A stretch of DNA of 63,389 nucleotides, filler included, from Sphacelaria rigidula (taxonomy: Eukaryota): the NCBI GenBank assembly GCA_964200075.2. It is 3 parts of 3 records of this genome, joined end to end, with 100 filler letters (N's around TTAATTAATTAA, not from the genome) between each part and the next. Parts side by side here need not be neighbours in the genome. Positions count along the whole stretch, not along the records: positions 1 to 21,091 come from CAXNAA020000467.1; positions 21,192 to 42,243 come from CAXNAA020000469.1; 1 more part is not named here. One strand, written 5' to 3'. This document shows, piece by piece, positions 12,312 through 22,638 of this stretch (positions within the stretch are counted from its first letter, which is position 1; every line of letters begins with the position of its first letter). The position numbers were made by a program, and so were the translations under genes. The notes below the pieces were generated by a model. The model was not told where the DNA came from. It ran no database searches and saw only the letters and a program-made list of their open reading frames with translations.

Positions 12312-13013
12312 GATATAAAGGAGGTGTTCCAGCATGCATATGTCCAAGGAGAGTTCGAGATGGAGGCAATCGCCGGGATATCTGAGGCTCACGAAGAATT
12401 TGGCTACGAAGTGCGTGTGGAATGGGTAGGTTTCGACGAGGGCGAAAGTTCATGGGACCCGCTGGATGTTATTTGGAGAGGAGCGTCGTAGTTTGTACAA
12501 TCTGCGAAAGTTGAGGCTGAATAAGCAGGTACGGTACGGGAGCGTCTGAAGATTAAGTATGGTATCAAGATATGACTGGTCTTCTGGGTACTTTGTGGAT
12601 GGATTGTATCATGCGATTGGTGTTCGTCGAGTATACCGCTTGGTTATCGTATGATTGTTCTTTGTTGCCATCCGAGATTTGTTGTCGGTGCCTACTGATG
12701 ATCAAGCTCGTTATCTACCGTTGAGTAAGACGTAGCTTGGGGGTGCTGTAGAGAAAGTACAGTACCACCTGTAGCATGAGGAGTACGGTAGCATATGGAT
12801 ATCAGTTTGGACCGTGTGACAACGATTGGAGGATGATGATTGAATGCGCAACATATTGTGTTTGTGAGGGGAACAACGAAGGGTCACTTCTGGTTAACCC
12901 AAGACTGCTGTTTATATAACTGCTTGAGTCTTGAAGTCTCTGGAGCCTGTGACAGGGAGGAAGCCTCTGGAGCGCAGCACTGTAACCTTGTCGAGGTTCC
13001 ACACAGGCTCACA
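12312..13013 (+). mobile_element. 3' end of Ty3/Gypsy element C2: chromodomain, 3' UTR, PPT, 3' LTR (12747-13013)
   Basis: Peptide DIKEVFQHAYVQGEFEMEAIAGISEAHEEFGYEVRVEWVGFDEGESSWDPL (chromodomain pattern), then ttgggggtgc followed by TGTAGAG...CTCACA. Confidence 0.85.
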
Positions 13014-16000
13014 AGCTGTACAAGACTCGATGGGCTCCAACCACGCGAACTTGCATAGATCATTCATCATTACAAATATGCACTTGTACCTGTCGCCTTC
13101 ATCCAGGCCGCTCTCGCCCAGCGGACCACTTTCGCCAACGTACAGATAATCAAAATGCATCACCTCACCGGGCCGTGTGCCACGCACTACCTCTCCTAGT
13201 GGCCGCGGGACCGTCTTACCCGCTTTCGAGCTCACACAATGCAAGCATTTCCTCACTGAATCTGTCACATGAGCTTCCATCTGAAACCAACAGCAATACT
13301 CTTGCAGCCGCTGCAGTGTCGCCAGAACACCCCGATGGCCTCTTTCATTTGAGTACACACCATCAAGCGTGTTTGCAGCTCTTTTGCTTACGGCGGGATC
13401 CACAACACATTCCCCCCTGCTACATGCACGTGAAATAAACCCCCCACCGTCTTTCGAACTCGCCGCCCAACAGCTGCTCCAAAAGTAGGGGCTCCAGCAT
13501 CCATCACTTCGAACCCGGCTTGAGCCTGCTCTTGGGCACTCACGAATAGCGTTCTTCGACGGCGGCGTTTCATCAGGCTGACCGCTCGCGAAGACGGCCG
13601 CAGCACACGCAGACACCGCCGGAATGTTGACCCACCTTGATCATAAATCTCCCCAGCAGTTGCGCCCACCAGCAATGTGTCTGATGGAGTGATAGTACTG
13701 CCCGAGCACAGCCTTCCATTGCTCGGACCTGATCGCACAGCCTTCCTTGTCCACCGTAGCCCACCAAACCTGTGCTCCACAAAACGTTGCGCTAAGAAAC
13801 CCCATGGGCTCATATCTTCCACCGCCAATGTACCACCCAGCTCATCCTCCGGTACCTGCGTAAGAAAACTTCCCCAGTGTAGATCCGATGCGTCTGGAAA
13901 CATGAGAGCCGCATACCCCCTGCTTGGGATATGACACAGCGACAGCATGCGCCACCAAATCTTGCGCCTCGTGCCACGCCTGAGCACGCCTGGACGTCCA
14001 TGCCGACTCCTCGATTGTCCGGTTTGACGCCACTCGCTTGGTACGGCGCACGTTTCTCTGCATGTATTCCTTCAGTAATATTTGCAGCGGCTCCACCGCC
14101 TTCACCAAACGCGGCAGGGGTGTTCTCAGCCAGTTTACCGCCTACAGGAACTGCATAAGCTCACCTGCTGTGCGCGGGAGCCAAAAGGTAGGCCAGTCCG
14201 CTCAGTCTCTCGCGGTCATAAGCCACTTGACCACCTGAAAAGACCTTTCCGCACCACGTGATCTATGTGTCGTACAACATGCACTTGTGCGCAGCCGCAA
14301 AAAAACCAGCATCCTCGAAACGGTCCAAAATCTCGTCTAGTGTACACAACAGATCACCCTCATCTTTACCCCACCACAAGATATCACCCACCCATACTTT
14401 GCATTGAAGTCCGGTCAATAATCCTGACATGATGCCTTGAAAATACCCCGTCGCATTCAACACCCCTTGCGGCACCCGTGTGGGGGTGAACAGGCCTTCA
14501 GGAGTCGCGATCGTGAAACTTTCTCGTGCATCAGCCGCCCATGGCATCTGCCAGTAACCCTGCAGCAAGTCAATCTTGCCAAAACACGCAGCGCCTAGCA
14601 GGTCGATCATCTCGGCCTCGTGGTTAGACATGACATTCGGAACCTTCTCAATCTGCTTGTTGACCGCGTGATAGCCACTCACCAGTCGATAACCGCCCTT
14701 CTTCGGCGTCGCCATGGTCGCACTCGCCCACACCGCCTGTAAACTGCGGAAGACGAGCCCAAGCGCCACCAGCGTCGCCATACACCCTGTTAACCACGCG
14801 GCTTTTACAGGGGAATACACCCGCGGGCTCGCCTTCACTGCTTTAGCCCCAGGTTTGAATCTCACCCTCAGTGGCTCTACACGCAGGCGCAGTGCTCGCC
14901 GAAAAGCGTTGACACGTCGCCCAACAACCTCCCGAAGCTGATCACCGCCGCTTGCCGACATACCCTCGTCCGCAGCCGCCTGTACGGCATGATCCAATGC
15001 AACACAATGCTTTGCCAGCTCCTCCTGTGGAGCCATGTTCATCTCGGGACCACGCGACATCAATCACTCAACGGAGGAATCCACAGGCTCCTCTTGTCCA
15101 CCTGGATCCTGTAACGCCTAAATCACAATGCTCACACGCCTACATTCTCGGAATTCAGGCGTATCTACACCTCTTACCAACGCGTGTCTTGAGCGCGCGC
15201 ATGCGTCTAGCCCACTGTAGACGTCAATGCCCATGGCCTACAGCGTACCGCTCCCGATGATCACCACATCATCGGCACCTGGCATCACCACACAATGACA
15301 CGGATCCAATACCACCGGCCCCCAGCTGATGTGCAGAGCGATGGGCACTAGGCACGTCTCCGACTACATACTCCGTACATTACCATCAGCTAGTTTCACC
15401 GGGTGTTGTAGAGTAGTCCACCTCCAGTACACGTACGTGCAGGTTTATGATGATATACAAGTGTAACAATCTGCTGTAGGCGTTTTCTATATTGGTTGAC
15501 AGACTTGCGGGTCTGTTCGGCAGAATATCTGGATTTGAACATCACATGCTTCACGCATGTGGTTACTTCCGATAACGAAGGCTGTGTCTTTATCAATAAC
15601 AACTGTCTTGAAGTCTCCAGGCCCTAGTGAGGGAGGAAGCCCTTGGAGCAATCTTGTGACCTTGTCCTGAGTCCACGAGGGCTCTATAATAAACGTTTAT
15701 GAAGAGGAACCCGCTGGTTTCTGTACGAGGGTTTTTAGCTGTGGGCAGCAGCGGAGAAATTATATCAAAATTTGTACACAGAAGTGTGCACTCTGTAAAG
15801 TTAGGGAGCTGGTTGGCAACGAAGAGACGGCTAAGTTGGCTGGAACTGTTACGTGCAGCTATGGCAACGCGCAAGAAAGTGGGTGATGGCGATGCAGCCC
15901 AAGAGGTGAAGTTTAAGTTTACTAAGCTTATGCCTGCAGGATCACTGAAAGCCCCAGAGTACGGACGGCATTTGAGCGAAAATGCGTCCCGACATTTCTA

Positions 16001-19000
16001 TCAGAAATACGTCGAGTATGAAGGGGCGGTCAAAATGAACAACAAAGGACGTAGCATGCAGGCCGTCTTACTGACTGTTGCTGAACTGGTGCCGAAGACA
16101 TCCGTGCGTGTTTCTCACGCGCGATCTTTGATGGATCCGTGCTTGACGAAGACGATCTCAAGGTGGCAGTAGGCCACCATGTGACACGTTGGCAGGATGA
16201 GGAGATTGATCCTTCAGTTGCTGTTGGTTGTGTGCAGAAAGCGTTGGCGGCCCGCAACGCGCAAATTACAATGGGAAGAGTAGAAGGGCTGTGGGGTGCC
16301 CTGGAGAATTGTTTTGCGGAGAATACTAGCGCCGAGCGTGCGTTCCGCGATGATGCCGATTTCAAACCAGGACCCGCTCAAATCATAACTCGGGAAAGGT
16401 TGAATGGACCGACCCCCCCCCCCGCATTCAAAACTAAAGTCCTCAACATGTTGAACATGAAAGGGGGGTGGAAGGAGGACCCTGGGCTTGTGTATCACAC
16501 GGCTCGGGAAGCAGCGGAGGCATGGAAAACGGTGGAAGCAGCGGATAAGCAGCGCCGTCAGCAGCCGCAGCTGAAACAAAATGGTAGCAGTGGGACTTCC
16601 GGAAGCAAGCGCCAACTAAATGGTGGAAAAACGGCAAGCAGTGCAAATGGGACTGCCAGTGCCGGGAAAACCCGAAAACCGGGCCCACACAATGCAGGAT
16701 GCTTCATATGTGGAAATAAGGGCCATTTCCGGAAGGATTGCAAGCAGCAAGGCCAGGCAGGTGCTACACAACGCAGTGACGGTGGGCAAACGAAGGCTGG
16801 CGACAAGCAGCAGCAACAACAGCAGCTGTCGTAGGGCCCTGCACAGGTGCCTCGCGGAGGGGGCACGAGTCCCGCTCCTGAAAGGGCTGTCTTTTCAGCC
16901 GATGGACAACGTGCTCCCAGCGGGGGGGCGACGTTGCCACCAGAACCGGTCGCTTCTGGTGGTGGCGTGCAGCAGACCATCTCATCGCAGTCGTTCCCGG
17001 GTTCGAACTCTGCGGCGGTGCCAGCATGGCGATCGCTCAAAGCGGGTGAGGTGTCAGATTTTCAATCTGAGGGTCTGCAAGTAGATCACAAGGAAAGGTG
17101 GTGTCTTGCCGATTTGTCTGTCCTGAGTACAGGGGCAAAGGGTGTTTGTCCGGTCATGGCTATTTTAGATTCAGGATCTGGACTTACGACCATGTCAGCT
17201 GGTGTGGCGGCGAAATTGCAAGCCATGGTGCCAGATGTCCAAGTGGTGAACAGTTGGTGAAATTGGCAAATGGCAATGTTGAGCGCGTGAAGTAGAAACC
17301 TTGCCCTGTCCGCATCGCTTTACACACCAGCTGGGGACCGGTTGTGCTGGACCCATGCTCCTATGCGGTCATGCCGGATACAGATGATGTGATCACCATG
17401 GGGAGATCTAAGCTGGAGGCGCTGGGCATTGACGTATGCAGTAGTTTAGGTACCTGAGCACGTGCGAGAAACACTTCGGTGCGAGGTGTAAACACACCTG
17501 ATTTTACGGACTGTCGGCGTGTCAGTACGGCGGTTGACGCCTTACAGCAACCAGGAGATCGGGCGGAGCCCGTTTATTCCTCAGTCGAGCGGTTGTTGTC
17601 GAGAAGTCCGGCGATGAGCATATCCCCGGAACAAGAGCTTTTTGAGCTTGATGTTGCGCCGGAGGAGGCAGTACAAGCCGCCGCAGGTAACGGCATATTG
17701 GATAGCGACGTGAGCCATATTCGTGAGCCTGTACGGAAGAGAGCGAGCATTTTTAGGCGAGTGCTGCATGGTTATCCGCCTGATCGCGTCGAGCCCTTGA
17801 ACGTGAAATTCAAACCTGCTGCTGTGGAGGCAAAGGCTCGGCCGAGGGCGTACTTTCCGGTCAGGATGGCGTGGTTGGCACGCTGTATCGCAACATTGGT
17901 GGCGCTCGGGCTCGTGTACTGCAGTTTGCAGGTAAAGTGGGCGAGAGCGGCTATTGCAACGCTCAAGAAGTCCTGTTTTCGCTGGATGAGTGCATACAAG
18001 GCGGGGGAGGAAGTTTCCCGTCACCACAAGGAGGTGGTGCATGGTGCCCGCCCAGGGACGGAGTTTCATTTCAATTTTCTCAGTGTTGGCGAGGGTGGTC
18101 CGCTGGGAGATAATGGCTTGGACAAAGGAGATCGGTCCAAGTACATATTGGTAAGGATGGATGACCCGGGCGACTTCGTGCGGTTGGAGCCCACGGAGTC
18201 TTGTACGGTACCAACGACGGCGAAGCATCTGTTGACGTGGTGCAAAGCGCTGGGACCGCAGGAGGGATGGGTCAGCGATACGGTATCGCAATATAATAAT
18301 TGTGTGGTGAGAGTGCTCAAGAAGGTGCTGATGGGTCGCAGATTCGTGGTGGCCAACTCGTAGTTGTCACATCGTGAACGTGAGCGAATGGTGCGTGACA
18401 TTGTTCGTGCCTTGAAGGTCATAATTCAGAGAGGAAGACTCGGTGCCAAGGCCTGGGTGGGTTTGGTACCTTCCGTGCAGTGGGTATTGCACACTGGTTT
18501 TCGGGACAGCTGTGAAAGCTGTAGTTGCATCTATTGGAGTGGAAATGCTACTCTACGGTGTGGACGAGATTGTAGCCGGAGAGCTGCTGTTTCTCAGGAG
18601 GAGCGCAGGAGAATTACAAGGCAGGCAATACCTTCGGTGCTCGATGTTGCGGTGAATGCCGGGTTGGGTGATGTTAAGGAGCAAGTACAAGTGAAATTGC
18701 TTGTTGAGAATGAGGAAGCACATTGTGACTTTTATACCTGAATCATTTTGTGGACGATTGTAGGTGGTGGTGGTATGGTTCCTGGATCTGTGTCTTGTGT
18801 TGCGCTAGTTGGCACGCATGATACATGGTGGTTTCTGCGAAGAAGCTGCTGAGTGAAATATGAGCATGCAGGTGTGACTGATGTCCATGGTGTCTGATGA
18901 AGAGTCAGAGTGAGGCAGTTTCCAATACACTGCTGTGTGCTGAATGAAATAAAGCTCTTGTATTATCGTTCGCGCAAAAAGTGGAATCATCTTTGTGCGG

Positions 19001-20765
19001 TTTGCAGAAACTGACTGTAGGAGATGGTGATTGCTGCTGCTGGCGTGAAAATGAGCGGAAACTACGAAATGCGTCGTAGGCTTGTATGTGAACAAGTATA
19101 ACGTGAGTATTTCCAGAGGTTGACGAAAAACAAATCGTACGCGAATACAGTGATTTCTTACTGTGAAACATCTTTGATGGCTTGTCATGTGTTTGGATAA
19201 GCGCATAGATGGTGTTTCGCATCTGCAAAACGGAGAATGTGGATGGTGTGCCCATTTTTCTGGAAGGAGCACCGCATATTTGTTCTGAGCTACTTTAGTT
19301 GGAACTGAGTCAAATGGTGCGGGCACGGTTGTAGGCAAAGTAAGGTATCAACCTTTGAGTGCATGGTATGGTTGAATGCTACGGTTCGAAATGGTATTTT
19401 CCTCGGCGCGTTTGCTTTGTGTGAGCATGCCACGACTGGAAATTACCGTTGAATAAGTTATTGACGTCAGTAAATTCGATTGAGACGCTGTGTTCAAGTG
19501 TCGTTGTTCAGCGCTTTGTGAATGATAATTTTCTTTGTGAACCTGACATAGCATGGTCATGTGTCACCAACAGGCGGACAAAGGTAGCATGAGCGTGTTT
19601 GTCGGTATCTACTGTTTATCAAACTCGCTTTCTACTTCGAGTAGTGTGGAGTTTTGGGGGTGCTGTAGAGTAATCCACCTCCAGTACACGTACGTGCAGG
19701 TTCATGATGATATACAAGTGGAACAATCTGCTGCAGGCATCTTCGATTGGTTGACGGACTTGCGGGTCTGATCGGTAGACTCTGTGAATTTGAATATCAC
19801 ATGCTTAACGCATGTGGTTACTTCCGATAACGAAGGCTGTGTGTTCATGAATAACAACTGTCATGAAGTCTCCAGGCCCGTGTGAGGGAGGAAGCCCTTG
19901 GAGCAAATCTTGTGACTTTTTTCTGAGTCCAGGAGGGCTCCATAGTGTGCACGAGCCATGCGCGTGACAACTGGCACATCAGGGAACACTGCTTGCGATC
20001 GGTCCGCCACTTTTTCAGACATGATAGTGATGCCAGCTCCTGAATCCAAAACGCCAGTAATAGGGCAAACGTTCTTGGCTGTGGAACCAGGAACAGACAA
20101 GTGTGCCCGGCAGCATCGCTGCTTGCGGTCAACTACCATACCCTCAGCCTGTATATCTGCAACCTCAGCGGTGTGAAGACCCCGCAATACCGGCGTTGTC
20201 TGAGACGTCCACTCCTGAGCCGGTCCCGCCGGCAGTTGGGGTTGAGCTGCAGGAGCTGGCGCGGAAGGCTGGGGCGGCACCATGCTATCCGCACTACTAG
20301 CACCCCCCTGCGTTCCATGCCCTGGGAAAACAGCCCGTGTGGGAACAGGATCATTACTGTCCCCCCGCTGACCATGAACCTGTTGCAGCTGCTGCTGGTG
20401 CTGCGGCGGCGACGGCGACGACTTTGCTTGCCCACCTGACGCACTCACCGCGACCGCAGGTGTGCTCTGTTTGTTACAGCTCTTCTTGTAGTGGCCCTTA
20501 TCGCCACACTCCAAAACAACCTGCATAGCTCGGACCAGGTTTGTGGGGCTTTTTCCAGTTCTTACCGCCACTACCCGCTGCGGCGGCCGCAGCCGCTGCG
20601 CCGGCATTCGATGCCAGTTTTTCGAGCCTTGTGGGCCGCTTTTTTCATAAGTTGCGGATGCTGCCGGCGGTGTTTGTCAACCTCCTCAACAGTCTTCCAT
20701 TTTTCCGCCATGTCATGAGCTACCCCACGAACCACTCTCAGGCTCTCTTTCCAGTCCCTTTTCAT
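13014..20765 (-). mobile_element. Decayed Ty3/Gypsy element C3 (gag end, protease, RT, RNase H, integrase), interrupted by A2
   Basis: ECGDKGHYKKSC and GVLDSGA at 19945-20600. RT FGKIDLLQGYWQMP/TPTRVPQG at 14263-15063. RNase H FPDASDLHWG at ~13880. Integrase GHRG..CLHC..HFDYL at 13014-13340. Highly similar to C1. Confidence 0.9.
15407..19944 (+). mobile_element. Ty3/Gypsy element A2, internally deleted, TSD GTGT
   Basis: LTRs 15407-15688 and 19664-19944, with GTGT at 15403-15406 and 19945-19948. The paralogous empty site reads cgggtgtgcacg at ~1966. Gag from 15861 with CFICGNKGHFRKDC, protease ILDSGS at ~17165, RT start fused to integrase core at ~18000, PPT-like ttttgggggtgc. Confidence 0.92.
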
Positions 20766-20940
20766 GTGTGTGTGTGTGCTGTGTCGTCCCATTTATTTCG
20801 GGCGCCAGTGTACACCTTTCGGTATATGTGGGCGCATCAGCCAGGGTCACACAGGAGGAAAGTCAACACAGGGACCTTTCTCACGCCTGTTTCTGCTTTG
20901 TAAGAATCAATTTCCATACCGACCCAGCATTTCGCGTGGC
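20765..20940 (+). repeat. Dispersed repeat (gtgggcgca.cagcc.gggtcacacaggag family), probably a SINE or LINE 3' end
   Basis: Related copies at ~42040-42243 (+) and ~36590-36745 (-). Confidence 0.65.
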
Positions 20941-20945
20941 CTGCA

Positions 20946-21048
20946 ATTATTATTATTCATATTTTCATATTATTTATATTATTATTCATATTTTCATATT
21001 ATTTATATTATTATTCATATTATCATTATTGTTATCATTATCATTATC

Positions 21049-21084
<36 letters not shown>

Positions 21085-21091
21085 GTTATTA
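20946..21091. repeat. ATT/ATC microsatellite at contig end
   Basis: Directly visible. Confidence 0.9.
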
Positions 21092-21191
21092 NNNNNNNNN
21101 NNNNNNNNNNNNNNNNNNNNNNNNNNNNNNNNNNNTTAATTAATTAANNNNNNNNNNNNNNNNNNNNNNNNNNNNNNNNNNNNNNNNNNNN
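21092..21191. other. Assembly gap with artificial TTAATTAATTAA six-frame-stop linker
   Basis: N run around ttaattaattaa; an identical 100-nt structure occurs at 42244-42343. Confidence 0.98.
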
Positions 21192-21213
21192 AACGGTTTT
21201 TAATGTGAAGACA

Positions 21214-21215
21214 AT

Positions 21216-21256
<41 letters not shown>
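21214..21256. repeat. (AAC)n microsatellite
   Basis: Directly visible. Confidence 0.9.
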
Positions 21257-21707
21257 AAACTGGGCAGCTGTATCTCTCCGGTTCCTAATCAACCGTTTCT
21301 ATCCGACTACAGTATGCTGAATCCGGTTCCAGCTTCACTGCAATCCGTTCGCTGGGCCGGTTGCATACGTAACGATTCGTCCCCATTCACGAACCTCAGA
21401 TCCCGCTGCGCCCCGATCCTCTACGAGCTTCTACACGGGAAGCATGTGGCGTGAAGCCAAGCCACTTTTCTTCATTTTTTCCGCCCCAACGGAGTAAGTT
21501 GAACCATTACACCAATGGGGCGCGGCGGTCTGTATGGCAGTACCAGTACAATCCAGTATGGTACGTGATATACGAGCAGCTCGCAGTACGGTCAGTATAA
21601 TGCCCGCTGACGTCCGACCGTGTTCGACCATTATCACGACCGAAGCTGGACACTGAGCTAATACGTTACCCTTTCTCGCAAACAATGGCCATGTCACCAA
21701 CTCTCAC

Positions 21708-22031
21708 CTGCGGGACATCATACGCCAAATGTGGCACAGCAGACGGCCCCAAACGGTCGAGCCTATCGCCAAATTCCTCCAGAGAAACCGCTTCCGTCCT
21801 GTGCACCTGATGCTCAGTTGGTGCGGTAAGCTTTGCAAGCCTATCGTTGTACTCAGCTTGTGTTTTCACCCCCCCGCGCTGCCCATCGCCGCTATTCAAA
21901 GCTTGTAGGCGCTCCTGCATGCTCTTGGCAGTAGAGCTCTTTGCGCCGATATGATCGCCACGACCGCCGCTAGCCTGACTCGATGATTGCAGCTGGTTGA
22001 GCCGGTGTTGAAGGTCGTCGACATCTTTCAT
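21708..22031 (-). CDS. First coding exon of an uncharacterised protein with repeated (E/D/H)RLxxL helical motifs; remainder lies in or beyond the gap
   Basis: ATG at 22031, 108 open codons (LQHRLNQL, MQERLQAL, YNDRLAKL, FGDRLDRL), strong donor CAG|GTGAGA at 21707. Confidence 0.7.
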
Positions 22032-22638
22032 TTTTCGCGTACATATACTCGTAGCGACACTACAACTAGAATAATTGATGTGCCAAATGTGGCGATCGGG
22101 TGTGCAGTATCACAATAAAGATAGAACTATGATACGCGCACTATACTCTATCAAGTGTTAATGAAAAAAAGACACGCCTTCGCCAAAAATAAAATACACG
22201 GAAACACGGCTCATCACTGCCGTCGCAGCTCCCCACAGCTGCAAAGCTGCCACGTGCTTCACAGCAAGCCGCAGAACTGCCAGGTTTGCCACCAAAATGC
22301 GGAGGAATCAACTTAAAACAATTATGAAAAATTCGATGGACCAATCAGGACCCGGAGGCGATATGTATGACTATTGGATAAAATTGTTACAGGGCAACAA
22401 CCCCCCCCCCCCACCCAACAATGCCCATATCGGACGACAAGCACTCTAGCCGTCTACGAACTATCACCGCAAGGAAGTAGAGCAGTATCCCCTTCTGTCT
22501 TTACCTCGGGCATCTTGGCACGTATAGCTAGAAGGCAGGAGAAAAACGAGCGTGGCAAAATTGTACGTTATTAGGAAGGAGGCGGCCGTAGAAGCGGAGT
22601 TTTTCGAGAAGAAACAAGTCGCCGCAAGGGTGAAGAAT
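22032..22638. promoter_or_regulatory. Probable bidirectional promoter region
   Basis: About 600 bp between head-to-head ATGs; GGACCAATCAG CCAAT box at ~22338-22348. Confidence 0.5.

Noticed and set aside
21136-21147. TTAATTAATTAA palindrome inside N runs (also 42288-42299)
   Set aside because: Artificial scaffolding linker. Adjacency across these gaps should not be over-interpreted.
22600-22612. Heat shock element for HSF autoregulation (TTCGAGAA)
   Set aside because: Only two nGAAn units; expected by chance.
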